NCBI RefSeq assembly: GCF_006345805.1
Contig: NC_043004.1
Span: 45,012,001-45,076,000, forward strand
Length of the DNA stretch: 64,000 nt
From: Octopus sinensis
Lineage: Eukaryota
Direction: 5' to 3'
Shown here: positions 14,595 to 28,605 of the stretch, in pieces
Numbering within the stretch: position 1 is the stretch's first letter
Layout of the letters: each line of letters starts with the position of its first letter
The notes under the pieces: generated by a model
Databases searched by the model: none
What the model was told of the DNA's origin: nothing
The model's input: only the letters and a program-made list of their open reading frames with translations
Program-made: the position numbers and the translations under genes

Positions 14595-15063
14595 TGCACG
14601 CACACACACACACACACACTCTCTCTCTCTCTCACACACGCACACACACACACCACACTCTCTCTCTCTCTCACGCACACACACTCTCTCTCTCACACAC
14701 ACACTCTCTCTATCTCTCTCTCTCACACACCCCCTCTCTCTCACACACACCCTCTCTCTCACTCTCTCTATCTCTCTCTCTCTCACACACACACCCTCTC
14801 TCTCACACACACCCTCTCTCTCACACACACCCTCTCTCACACACATCCTCTCTCTCATACTCTCTATCTCTCTCTCACCCCCTCTCTCTCACACTCTCTC
14901 TCTCACACTCTATCTATCTATCTCTCACACACACACCCTCTCTCTCACACACTCTCTCTCTGTCTCTCTCCTCACACCCCCTCTCTCTCACACTCTCTCT
15001 CACACACACCCTCTCTCTCACACTCTCTCTATCTATCTATCTCTCTCACACACACACTCTCTC

Positions 15064-15092
<29 letters not shown>
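14595..15092. repeat. CT/CA compound microsatellite
   Basis: Visible (CT)n(CA)n mosaic; explains the SL/HT ORF. Confidence 0.95.
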
Positions 15093-15094
<2 letters not shown>

Positions 15095-15549
15095 CATGTA
15101 TATGAATATACTCATAACAAATAGTTGTGCGAGACAAATTAGGTGCTGCAGTATATATTCAATGTTTAATGTATGGCCTCTTGCAGAAAGATGAAAGATT
15201 CTCCTGACCATAATTAGATTTTCTATAGTCTACTGTCTATATAATGTTTCTCTATACATAATGCTTCAACATATATCAGTCATTCTTTACTGTGTGTGTG
15301 TGCATATGTATGTGTGTGCCATAGTTGATAGATCTATATGCAGGTAGGACCTGTATGTACACATAAACCCGTATAGCTACAAATTATGTGTGTGTGAATA
15401 CATACACTCTCACATAACTGAGAATAAGAAACTCTGAGTTGCAACAAACTCACATATACTCAATTTTGAATAAATATTGATTATATTTATCTAATGGTAA
15501 TTGATATTTTCTTAAATACATTTAAAACCGGCAAAACATACTACCCATT

Positions 15550-15848
15550 GTACATACATATATACATACATACATATGTACGTACATACATATATACATA
15601 TGTACGTACATACATATATACATATGTACGTACGTACATACATACATGCATACATACACACACATACATACATACATACTTATATACATACATGCACATA
15701 CATACACACACATACATGCATACACACATACATACATACATATATACACACATACATACACACACTCATACATATGTACACACACATACACACATATATA
15801 TATATATATATATATGCATGCATATGTCTATATGTATGTGTATGTTCT

Positions 15849-15901
<53 letters not shown>

Positions 15902-15925
15902 TCATATATATGTGTGTGTGTATAT
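15550..15925. repeat. TACA/TA microsatellite
   Basis: Visible simple repeat. Confidence 0.9.
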
Positions 15926-16407
15926 CATCATCATCATCATTTTAACATTTGCTTTTCAATCCTTGAATGCGTCAGAGGAAAGTACATCGGGGCAGAGTTT
16001 TTTTACTGCTTGTTTCCAAGTGATATAATAATCTTTCAGTCTATTGAACAATACATAGCCTGGACATGTTTTATGCAGAGAACTGGAAACAAATGGCACT
16101 GTGTAGTTTATAAAGATGGCACAACACACACACACACACACACACGTATTCAGTATATAGGCACAAATGCTAAGTAATATTGAATTTAACACGAGGCACA
16201 CACAGATACCCACATACATAAATATATTGATGCAAGTTATGAAAGGTGTATGGGTATGTATGAACTGTGTGTGTATATTATATACACATATGCATGCGTG
16301 TGTCTGTGGATGTGTGTTTATGGTATTTGTATATAAACACACATTATATGTATGTGTGAATATAGATCTACACACAAACACACATGCATGTGTGTGTGTA
16401 CATACAT

Positions 16408-16450
<43 letters not shown>

Positions 16451-16454
16451 ATAT

Positions 16455-16782
16455 GCGTGGCATCTTGGGCAAGTGTCTTCTACTATAGCCCCGGGCCGAC
16501 CAATGCCTTGTAAGTGGATTTGGTAGACGGAAACTGAAAGAAGCCTGTTGTATATATGTATATATATATATATGTATGTGTGTGTGTCTGTGTTTGTCCC
16601 CCAAGCATTGCTTAACAACCGATGCTGGTGTGTTTACGTCCCCGTCACTTAGCGGTTCGGCAAAAGAGACCGATAGAATAAGTACTGGGCTTACAAAGAA
16701 TAAGTCCCGAGGTCGATTTGCTCGACTAAAGGCGGTGCTCCAGCATGGCCGCAGTCAAATGACTGAAACAAGTAAAAGAGTA
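16455..16782 (+). mobile_element. SINE family A, 5'-truncated
   Basis: cttgggcaagtgtcttctactatagcc...ggaaactgaaagaagcc...gcagtcaaatgactgaaacaagtaaaagag matches 50368-50758. Confidence 0.85.
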
Positions 16783-16816
16783 TATATATTTATATGTATA
16801 TATATTAATGTGTTCA

Positions 16817-16942
16817 ATAGGCTTCTTTCGGTTTCCCTCTACCAAATCTGCTCACAAGATATTGGTCAGCTTTGGGTTATAATAGAAGCGACTAAACCCA
16901 GAACCATGTAGTTTGGAAGCTAGCTGCTTGCTACACAGCCAC
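16817..16942 (-). mobile_element. SINE family A head fragment, inverted relative to 16455 copy
   Basis: ggcttctttcggtttccctctaccaaatc...gctacacagccaca. Confidence 0.65.
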
Positions 16943-17057
16943 ATTTACTCTGCATCACCCATGCATGCATAGAAAAGTGGACGTTAAAATGATGATTATA
17001 TCTACATATATACACACACTCACACACACATGTATACATACATTCATGCATATATAT

Positions 17058-17232
17058 CATCATCATCATTTAACGTCCGTTTTCTGTGCTAGCAAGGGTT
17101 TGACCGGGGTCTGGGAAGCCAGGAGGCCCCATCAGGCTCCAGTCTGATCTGGCAGTGTTTCTACAGCTGGATGCCCTTCCTAACGCCAACCACTCCGAGA
17201 GTGTAGTGGCTGCTTTTTACATGCCACCGGCA
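17058..17232 (-). mobile_element. SINE family B copy
   Basis: catcatcatttaacgtccg...ctggatgcccttcctaacgccaaccactccgagagtgtagtgg. Confidence 0.8.
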
Positions 17233-19451
17233 TAAGCATACTTGTGAATATACATCATCATCATCTAATGATTATTTTGTGTTCCAATGTGGGTTAGGCA
17301 GTTTAACACTATCCAGCAAGCTGTGAAGCTGCATTGAGCTCTGGTGTTGACTTTGACTTGTTTTCTATGGCGGGATGTCTTTCTTAATACCGACCATTAC
17401 ACAGTGTGTACTGGGTTCTTTTTGCCATGTCATTGGTACTTGTGAGATCACCAAGTAACTTGCAAGGTAGAAAAAGTACAGGGAAATGATCCCATGACTA
17501 AGCATGGGGAGTTTTTGAGAGGGGCAGGTGACTTTGTTTGGTGTTGAGAAGCTAAAGTACGACAGAGGGAAAAGAACATGTATTTTGCTATTGAGGAGAT
17601 ACATGTCTACCCCATATTATACAAGGGTGGGTAGGAGTAGCTGGGAAGAAGATAAAAATGGTCATGATGGGATGCCAAAACAAACTGTCAAGGTACAGGA
17701 AAGTGAATATAGAGAGAATGCTGACTGTGGATCAGTGAGGAAGTGGGTAGTTTCAAAGAGTTTGAGGGAAGAGTAACAGATGGTTAGAGATGAGGGTAGA
17801 GGTAAATATGAGTGCTGTTAAATAGAAATACCAGTGTGTAAGAGGGCGTAAGGTGGGAAACAGAAATGGGTTAGGAGGAAAGAGATATCAGAAGCTAGGA
17901 GGATGATATACAAAGGTGTAGGAGCAATGGGGAGGAATATGTTGAGGTACATAAGGGTGGCTGTAGTGAGTGGGGCCTGGTGGCAGATTTGAAAGAATGT
18001 TGGGAATGGTAGTAGATTTGTGAGATGTTAAATGGTGTGTGGTAGAGGAATGAGAATTGGATAACAGAAAGCCCAGAAAAGAGGTGGTTGGTGAATATAG
18101 TTTGATACTTGTGTATGTATGTGCATATACATATGTGTAAAATGTAAAAGTTTGTTTTTAAAAATTTCTTAAAATATTTCCATATCAAATTTTCCATATT
18201 TCCTTGTATTATTTTCTTTGTGATGTTGTTTATTAAAAAATATGAAAAATTGGCAAGAGATTTACTTGGAAACTATGAGGAAGTGAACTAGATAGATGTG
18301 CTATGCATATGTGGGTATATACATACATATATGTTTGTATAATTATGCAGGTGTGTTGTACTCAGACTCATGCTTGTTTATGTTTTAATATGCAAGTCTT
18401 CATCTTCTATACCTTGGTACTTGGGGAAAATATAAGTAAGCAGATCTTGATGAGTTGTTAAATAACTGAACAGATCAGGTCATTTTGATCCATATGCCAA
18501 GCTGTCAAACAGACCATTTTACAGTGAGACTAAATGTATGGAGATATGATGGTTTATATTCATTTATTTGTTCATGAAATAACATATGCTGTATTTGTAC
18601 TTCAGTATTTATTTGTGTATATATATCTAGTTTACTAGTTCAGTGCTACTGAGTTTCATACCACAGTGTTAGTTATTAGTACAGTTTATGGTTGGATGAC
18701 TGTGGAGTGTTAGTGTTAAATTGTTGCTTCTCATTCTCATCTGCATGTGCATTATGAACAAAAAATAAAAAGTGTAAAAACTTATGTTCACCTGGATTCA
18801 TTTACTACTCATCTTTATTATAACATTAACCTGGATCCTTGCCAAAAAGAAAAGAAAACTTTCTTCTGTTAGTAATATTACTGGAGCAATTGATAGGGAA
18901 AAATGGTAGAGGGTTGGATGAAATTTTGCCTTTTATCCTTTGGGGATCCATGAAATAAAATAGCAATTGGATTGTGGGATATATCTTTATTAACTGTATC
19001 TTTCCTACTCAAATAAAAAAGAAAAAAATTTGCAACCATACGGCAATATTAGAAATCAGTATCAAAGTAGAATGTAGAACTGCGGGTTAGTAGAAATAGT
19101 AAAAAATTGGAGAAAGTATCCTTTGGTATTCAGTTATGTCCCTTTACAATTTGATTTAGACTACTCCATGGTCTATGTTGCCCTTCATTCTCCCAGGGTT
19201 GATAAAATAGAGTATCAGTCAAATATTGAGGTTATCTCTAATTGTTTGTGACCTTGTACCTTTGTTAGAAATCAATATTATTACTAATACTCTACTACTT
19301 TACTACTGCTGCTGTTGCTGTGGCTAGTTAGTTGAAATGGTTGAGTATAGCATTAAAGGATTTGTAGTATTTACTGACTTTGTAGTCCTACTGCGGTCAG
19401 TCTTGTTTAGCTCTCTTTGTGATTTAATGAGTTAATTACCAGTTACATACA

Positions 19452-19890
19452 TAGGTGCAAGCATGGCTTTGCTGCAAAAAGTTTACTTCCCAACTACATG
19501 GTTTTAGGTTCAGTTCCACCTTCAGCAAGTGTCTTCTACTATAGCTCTAGGTTGATGAAAGCCTTATAAGTGGATTTTGTCGATGGAAACTGAAAGAAGC
19601 TTGTGTGTGTGTGTATGTGTGTGCGTGTGTGTGTGACTGTCTCCTTGCCTTGACGTGACATGATATTTGCAAATGAGCAATATCATCATGGAAGCAGTGT
19701 CCTTCATTTCCAGTATTCTGTGGAAAGATGTTTAGTAATGAAGTACTATTATCTTACATGGCAACATGAGAGTTGGCAACAGAAAGAGCATCCAGCTGCA
19801 AAAAAAAAAAAAATCACCTCAAACAATTTTGCTTGACCCATGCAAACATGGAAAAGTGGATTGGATGTTAAAATTGTGTTGATGATGATA
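19452..19890 (+). mobile_element. Chimeric SINE: family A head plus family B-like (GAT)n tail
   Basis: Head caagtgtcttctactatagc...ggaaactgaaagaagc; tail gttggcaacagaaagagcatccagctg...acccatgcaaacatggaaaagtgga...gatgatgat. Confidence 0.65.
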
Positions 19891-21642
19891 CTTGCATAAG
19901 GCTTTCAACTAAAGTATACTAAGTCTATGAACTTGATTTGAACCATTCAACCAGTTACCTCTGCACCACAGTTTAGCTTTTTATAATGCTGGCAACTAAC
20001 TACAGAAGTGAGTTAACACAGCAGCCAGTATTGGTCTTGGTGGTGGTGGCAAGTAAACACCAGAGAACTAGAGATAAGCTCTTCTCTACAAACTGAAATA
20101 TCATTATTTGTATTATGTTACTGCTCGGTAGTAGAGATGATTGAGTGAGGTGTTAAGGGTTCATAGCATTTAGTTTCATCACCACCACTGACTTTTTAGT
20201 CCTACTGATGTCAACTTTGCTTATCTCCCCTTGTGTCAAATTTCAGACCCCAGTTTTGTGAGTTGTAGTGCTGGTGCTAGCACCCACCCAGTAGTTTTGT
20301 AAAGTAGTTGGTCTTAGGAAGGGCACTGAGCTATAGAAACTATGCCTTCCTAAGCAAACCTTTAAGCTCAACACAGTCCTCCAGCTACCTGGACCTTGCT
20401 CAACTGTCTAATCCATTCCAGCATGGAAGACAGACATTTAGTGTCAGTGGAGACTATGATCTGAAGTCAGAAATAATGTGAATGTATTCAACACTGTACT
20501 CCCACTCCCTCGCCTTTTTTCTCATCCACTGTATTGTACCGAATTCTTGTATATTTTTTTAGCTTAAATAAGAAATCAGTATAGATATTCATATTTATAA
20601 ATCCTCCTCTGATTTTGCAATCCGTCTTTGTCATGTCCCTCTACTCGTTACTCTTGTAGCAAGTAACAAACTAGATATTTTTATTACAGTATATTTTTTA
20701 TGCAATAGATATTTTTTATATTACAATTCTGTGATGGAACTTACAATTTCTTTATTTATTTTATTGTTTTATAATTTTTCCTTCAAGTGATTTGTTTGTT
20801 TTGTTTTTCTCTCCCCTTTTCTTTATACATCGTCTGTGTCATGGTTGAATTGCCACTAATATGATTTCTGCTAGTGTTTTGGCTATGTCTGCACTAGCGT
20901 CAGTCAGTGGGTGCAAACATAATGCTTAATCGGATGATTATCTGAAGAAACTTTAAGAAATGCTGGTTTTCCAGCAGATCACTTCCTTTCTTTGTTAGTT
21001 TTAGCCATTGTAGACTTCCTTTCATTGTCTTTCTGGAGCTAGAATATAGTTCTTCTGTATTGAGTGTATGTATATCCTACACATATGTGTATAGGTGTCA
21101 TCATTAAGTGTGTATAAGTTGGCATATATTGCTACAGAATTATACACACATATATGCTTTCATACACACACACAATATATATGTGTATTTGTGTGATTAT
21201 AATTGCACAAATAATCGTATGTGTCTGTTTGTGTATAGACACATATATACATGTGTGTGTGAAACATGCGTACATACTTAGCTAAAAATATATGAATGTG
21301 TCTGCATGTGTTCCATATTTCTTTCCATTCATTCATCTCTTTCTATTTTTTTTTTTTATTATGCATATGTACATGTGTGTAAGTATGTTTACACATATAT
21401 GAGCATTTGTACAGACACTTTACACCACGCTACTAGAGGAAGTAACCGTAGTTGCTGCACGGAAACACGTATATCAGATCAACGAAACAGTGGTTTATGT
21501 AAGAATAGCTGAACATTTTTACAAAGCAACGTCACCCAGCACAGTATTGCAGCACAGATTAGCATACCAAGGTTATATACTTAGATGCATGCATGCATGC
21601 ATGAATTCATACATATATACTTACTTATCTATGTGTATATAT

Positions 21643-21684
<42 letters not shown>

Positions 21685-21703
21685 CTTTATGTCTATATAT
21701 ATA

Positions 21704-22096
21704 CTAGCAGTATTGCCTGGCGTTGCTTGGTTTTGTTTCGACCCTTTAGAATTGGAATTTTTGAAAAGTAAAAATTTTGCATTATGTAGCTTGTTATTCT
21801 CTTTATGTGAACATTTTTCTTGTTGAAATACACCGAAAAAGGGCGAAACAGCAGTCAAAATACAGTTAAAAATAGGGATTTTCATAGAAAAAAAAGCACC
21901 TTTTTGATGTAAATAATTTTTGGTGTTAACATGGTCCGATTTTAATTTTATCTTCTATGGAATGAAGAGCAAGCCTTCTTCTATCATACTCTCAATTTTG
22001 GTCAACTTGCACCTCAGGGTTTCGGAGGAGATAGTGTTAGTTGAAGGCTATCAAACCTGCCATAAACAGACAACTTCAGCTTTATATATAGAGAGA
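21704..22096 (-). mobile_element. Non-autonomous Helitron
   Basis: Minus strand A|TCTCTCTATATATAAAGC ... CCAAGCAACGCCAGGCAATACTGCTAG|T: 5' TC, 3' CTAG, subterminal GC-rich degenerate hairpin, inserted between A and T with no target duplication. Confidence 0.8.
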
Positions 22097-22342
22097 TATG
22101 TATATAGTTAATGAAAGTGGATAGTCCAAAACTTCACTACATATGCTTCTATTGTGCAGCTTATTCCAAATGAAAGTCCATTGCAAAACTTGATAAATAG
22201 CATTATGTAAATTTATTTTGTTACTTAGTCATTTCATTTTCTCTGGTGATATTCTGATATACAGCCAAATATAATTTTATGAAGAAAATGAATATTTATG
22301 AGAGAATATTTATAGCAGAATGAAAATGAAACACGAAAATTC

Positions 22343-22352
22343 AACATAAGAT

Positions 22353-22390
<38 letters not shown>

Positions 22391-23272
22391 GCCCAAGGTC
22401 TTAGCAAGACATGTATGTCATAAGCCTCTAGATTGTGAAGGTCCAAAATCCTACTTTGAACTGCCGAAAGTAGTTGGGCATGTGGAAGTGCACACTTAAT
22501 ATATCTGAGCTGATAGTGTATGTAAAGTGTTTCTATGTCTCTGTTTGCCTGAATTCTGTTCTCCCTTCCTCTAACTCCATTTATTCAGCCCATCTTTTTA
22601 TTATTTATTTTTGCTCGCATAGTGTGCTACAGACTAATTTTCTACCCCGTGCCATGTTTTCTACCCTGTGCATGGAGCCGAGTTGAGTGAAATGGGTGGA
22701 AAAGAAGGCGAGTGGGCGAGAGCATAATTAGAGAGAGTACCAGACCAGCCAGCTCCTAGAACAGCCTAAGAAAACCACCTTGTGAGGCAACTACAACATG
22801 CTAAGTTGATGTTCTAGAATTAACGACCAAAACACCCTTAATTCACTCTTTACTACCTTTAATATTGACTTCTTTCAATATTTTCATTGAAACTTTGGGA
22901 GGAGTTTACCCATTTGTATTTGATCTAGTGTTAGGTTAGAAACATTGTCATGTATCCATTGACATGGTTGTGCAGCTGTTGGTTGGACAGTGTGCCTTTC
23001 ACATATTTCTAAGCTTAGTAATATATATATATATACATACATACACATGCACACATATACAGTTGAATCTGTGTGCAGAGAGAAAGAAATATTGCAAATA
23101 TAAGATTGGAAAATGTGAACAGTTCCTGTCAAGGAGTCAGGTAGATTTCTTCATATTTTTGTGTCTCAGGTTTTCTTTATACATCTTTCATTTAACATAA
23201 GATGGATATATATATATAGATTTTCAAGCCCAAGGTCTTAGCAAGACATGTATGTCATAAGCCTCTAGATTG
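22343..23272. repeat. Direct repeats (22343-22435, 23194-23272) flanking ~760 bp
   Basis: aacataagatgga(ta)n followed by an identical 50-mer ttcaagcccaaggtcttagcaagacatgtatgtcataagcctctagattg at 22386-22435 and 23223-23272. Confidence 0.9.
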
Positions 23273-24685
23273 GGACTAAAATTAGGTCAACAGAAACTGT
23301 GCAGAAGTCCATTGCATGTTTTACCTGTAATTCAAACAAGTAATCTTAACATTCTGTGTCACTTCATATGTTGCTGCATTTCCATGGAGTACTCACCCAT
23401 GTATATGCTAATTCATTGAATTTAGCGCAGTTGGTCAATTAACTGTAAATCCATGGTTGGGAATTTTGACCAAGATCATTTTATATACACCCACAACCTT
23501 GCCTGTGACATCTGAGGAAAAAATTTTTTAAAAAGAACTGAATATAAACCAAATCATACATATATTATGAAACTGGCTCCAGCGCTTCACAACAGTTCTA
23601 TTATCTCTCTGCTTACTTTGAACACTCACATTGTTGATTCTATGTTGTGTCTCATTCTAAATATCAATTCATTCTGATTGCACAAAAATGAAGTAGTACT
23701 GTACCTTTAATCATCCTATCAAAATTTATACCATATTTATTTCTCTCCTCTCTCATTATAGCTGTTTCTCTTTCTCTGTCTATTTCTCTCATTCTCTTTC
23801 ATATTTATTCACTGCATGCATAACAAAAATATTTAATCATATTAATGGTAATTTCTCATTTGGACACAGTGTTTCAGTTGTTTTCTTTTTTCTCTCACCC
23901 TCAGTCACCATCACATACTCATCATAATCTCTCATCCCCACATACATGTATGCAACTCTTGCACTGCAAAATACGTTCACACATAAAATGCACATAAACA
24001 CGCAGATGGAATAACAGATGAAGTTTTGAAAAAAGCCAGCTGTCACCAATTAAAAGTTTTTCTAGAAATCCAAGTTATCACCTCTCCACCTGTATGTCAA
24101 CGAACTAGTGTTGTTGCTCCACCCATAATTACATTGGTTAGACACAGACATAGCTGTGTGGAATCACTAATACTGGTCATTACAAGGTCTGAATTCCTAT
24201 ATTTTATTTCATTTTACTTCATTTCTTCCTCCTTGTTCTTTTTACTTTTTTTTTTTTCCTCCCAATTAGTTACTTCTTTCACGTGCATAATTGAGAGATC
24301 ATTGTCATTATTATTTTTGTTCTCCTTATTAATTAGTATTGTTATCATTGGTGAGAACTGTGATGTGACAGAAAGACCTTTCGTTAAATTCATCCTTTCC
24401 TTGGTTTCAATTATCGGTTTTAAGCCTCTTCTTAATTCGCTACTCTAATGTTGCTAATAAATTTTGGAAAGGCATGAGCATTACAATTTCTCAGATTTAT
24501 TAGATTATTATCATATCTCCAACAGGTTTATGCTAGTTATTACTGCATCACCAGGTTTCCTTTCACAATTCTGATATATGCGCAGCGTTGTCTTTGTAAG
24601 AGTGTAGACCTGTGTTAGTATAATATAATACTACGTCATTCATCTCTGCTTGTGGTATTTAGTTTGTTGTTTCTGGTATTGTTGT

Positions 24686-24900
24686 TTAACCCTTTTGTTA
24701 CCATATTTCTGTTGAGATGCTCTGTGTTTCTTTCAATTAATTTTAAATATAACAAAGAATTTAGTAAAATAACTTAGTTATCATTAAGCTAGTGTTAGTA
24801 ATATAAATTGTGACTGAGGTTTAACAGAAGATTTTAATTCAGAACTTTTGAAAACAAGACATTTGTATTACAGTGCCTTATTACAGCCGGGTTAGTATCT
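24686..24900. mobile_element. TTAA-CCC MITE, second family, right end decayed
   Basis: ttaacccttttgttaccatatttctgttg...; related diverged copies at ~49066-49210 and ~55968-56214 (the latter ends ggtatcaaaatggttaa). Confidence 0.55.
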
Positions 24901-25292
24901 TCTGTGGTGTATATTATGTGGCACAAGAGTTAGGTAAAATAACATAACTCATTATTTTATTAGGTGATGTATGTGTTTCATATAGGCAGTGTTGGAATGT
25001 CTTATAGCAATTTTGTAGAATATGAGTCGTACAAGTTGTTTAGTTTCACTATTGTGCTTTTCCTATTTTCTTTTCTTCAGTTGCAGTTTGTATAAAATCT
25101 GTGTTGTGCGAATTGTGTTATTTTATTAATCAATGATTGTATATGCTATGTGTGTTGTATGCAGAGTGTGTATTATTTGAGTTGTGCTATTGAATTGGAA
25201 GTGTCTTGCACAGGCTTCAGCTAGCTGGGATATTTTTTTAGACTGCATAAAATGGTGTAAACCCAAGTATGGTTTACAAGTTTTTGCATACT

Positions 25293-25324
<32 letters not shown>

Positions 25325-27605
25325 TATTATTATTAATATTATCATTATCATGGAAGTGAATTGGTAGAAGTGAGATAAAAAAAAAAAACAACTTGTATTT
25401 GTTCCAGCTCTTTACATTCTAAGTTTAAATTTTGCCAAAGTCAGCTTTGACTTCCATCCCTGTAGGGTTGATAAAGTAAAGTTCCAGTCAAGTACTAGGG
25501 TTAATGCTATCAACTAACTTCTTCCCCTAGAATCTGATGGACTTGTGTCTAAATCAGAAATGATTATTATCTTTACGACAATGGATTGACAGAATTGAGT
25601 ATAAGAAAAAGAAAAAAAATCAAAAAACAATGCTTTGCAGTATTTGTTCCAGTTTCTTTGTGTTTTGAATGCAAATCCTCCCACGTGTGACTTTGTTCTT
25701 CATCCTTTCAGGATCAATAAAATAAAGTACCAATGTAATTGCTGGCCTTGTGCTTAAATTAGAAACTGTTGTCAATGGTTGATGGGCTGCTAAATTCGTT
25801 TAGTGTTAAAAAAGTAAAAAAAAAAGAAAAAAACATCATCACCATCATCTTTGTAATTCTTGTAACATTCTCTCATCTGTCACCCATCACCCTTGTGGTA
25901 AATATAGAAACAATTGTTGTTATGTTGTTGTTTTCACTGTTTTATTGTTTTAAACTGAAATCTTGCCAGTGAAAATGTTGCTTGTCATCCTTTCAGAATC
26001 AATAAAATAAGCACCACCTCTATAACAGAGGAGTGTGAGGGAAAATAAAAATAAAAATAAAATTAATTGGCTCTAAGATGTTGTCTAGTTTGAGACACAC
26101 ATCGCTACATGAAAATGAAGCTTTCAGTGATAACCATTTACATTTGTGTAGTATAGGTCTTAGACTAGACAGCATCTTAGTGCCTATCCTTCTCCAGGCT
26201 ATTTACTATAATTAAATTTAAGTGACTAAAAATTGTATGTATAAAATAAAATTCACCCTCAAAATATATTTTAAAAATCCACTCCACTCCTACCCCAACT
26301 CATAGTGAAAACTTTGCTTTCTTGAGACTTGAAACTTTCCTTCGCTATAAAATGCACGCGACTGAAGAAAGTAATATTTTAGATCTGAAGCACTCTTTAA
26401 TTGCTTCTCTATCATTCTAAGCCTGAAGTGTTAGTTCCTCTGGAAACATCAAGTTTGTTACTCTCGCTTCTTGCATTCAGTTCTACTCTTCATCACAATA
26501 TTCCTATGATCTCTTTAGTAGTTCGTGTATTTGTTAATATTAGCTAAACCAGTGGAGCATTGGCTATAATGCCTTGTGATATTTGGTTATGACTCTTTAT
26601 GAACAGAGTTCAAATTTCATGAAATTCATCCTGGTAAGGTAAAAGTCATCTTCTAGCTTTGATATAGTGGACTATAATTCTGTCTCATATTTGTGGCCCT
26701 TTGCTTGTGTTAGAAAGCAATATTTAATTTGAGTAGGGTGGAATAGAGGCAGTGAATATTACTAGGCTTGAGACTAATATGATAGCAATGTTCCCTCTTC
26801 AGCTCAAATATTAGTGGGTTGTTTGTTTGGGGAAAAACTGAATAGGGAAGCAATTCTAGGGTAGAAAAGGACTAGAAAAATTATTTGGTAGTGGTTGATA
26901 TGTGATAAACAGTATGGGTAATGAGAAAAAAAAAAACAGGATAGATGAGATGAAAGGACCTACTGTAGCTGTGTATACAGGGGACCAAGGGAAGATACAG
27001 TGTATTGGTGATCTAGTGATTAGACTTCCCCTTATATATGAACAAGAATTATAGCTATGCCCAGTAGATATTCACAGCTTTTATATACTCTGTTTCTGAA
27101 GAGAAAATCTAGCGTTTCAAACACATTTTGAGCCAAATTGCAGTTATTTGAGCTCCCTGAAGGATCATTGACATTTATGGGAAATAGCATTTGTGAAGAC
27201 TGTTATGGCTTTAGTTGTCCATTAGCAAGGGTACAGTGTGGTGTATCATTGATGTAATGCATGTGTGCGTGTGTGTAAAGCCTAGTGGTTGGGGTATTGG
27301 TTTTGTGATTACAAGGTGGTGGGTTTAATTCCTGAAAGGAGACTTATTGTGTCCTTGAGCAAGGCATTTCATTTCTTATTGCTCTAGTCTACTCAGATGA
27401 AGATAAAAACTAGCTGACTGTTGATGTGGCATCTCATCCTCAATGTTGCACTGGGTCAATTTTCGGAGGGCCCAGAGTGTGTCTCTGTTTGCTTGCAGCT
27501 ACATAGGTACCTGAAACAAGAAAATGGTACAAGCTGCCAGGCTGCACTTGCTTTTGAGTGATAGCTCTCACTCACTTTCTTTCTCTTACACACTCTCTCT
27601 CTCAC

Positions 27606-27637
<32 letters not shown>

Positions 27638-28573
27638 CACACACACACACGTGTATGTACATATATAATAAAGTGTCATGTGTTGTTACCTTGCAATCCT
27701 GTACATAGAAGCTTGCCCAATTTCTCTCCTAGCAACTTTATCTCTCTGGGACTCCACCTCTTTGCTAACAATTTCTTGTAATTCAAACTGAATATCAACA
27801 GTGTTAACCTCACTTGGTAACCTCTGTTTTTCCTGTTTGGGAAGTCCTAAATATAAATATATAGGTTATCAGCAATGCTCTTTGATTATAAGAGAACGAA
27901 TAAACTGTAACAAAAAATATGAACTAAACAAACACCTCGTTCTGAAAGAAAAAAAAAATATTGTGAATATTGTTGAAGTACATGATAAAGACCTCAGAGG
28001 TAAAGGCCAAAAACCTGCTTTTGTTTGTGTGTTTGTTTGTATGAGTGAGATGAATGTGTAGGCACTCCCTATGGTAGTAGGAAAAACATTAAGAATTACT
28101 AAAAAAAAAACCAGAAAACAAAAAAAAAACAAAAATACAAACAAAAAGTACATTGGTGAAGCAAAACATTGAATAGAAACAACATGAATCCAAGCAAAAT
28201 ACTTTATCATTTCCAGGTCTCATACATTTGCAATAAGCATTGCAAAGGAAAATGATAAAAAAACAAAAAAAACGAAAGAAGCTGTGTACACCTCATGTGT
28301 ATTCTACTATCATAGGACACTCTCTAAACAATAAATTACACACACTTGCAAATACACACACATACACACACACATGTGCGAACATGCATGCAGATAATCT
28401 CAGTTGTGTGCATGCATGCATATGCAGGCACACAAACACAAATGCATAAAACACAATGGCAACAAAACATTGTATGCACCTGAAGCACAAGGGAGCGTGC
28501 TTCAGGTGCTGGAGGTGGTGAAAAACTGTTCTAAAAGAAATATATTGATGATGATTATGCTGCTGTTGCTAAC

Positions 28574-28605
<32 letters not shown>

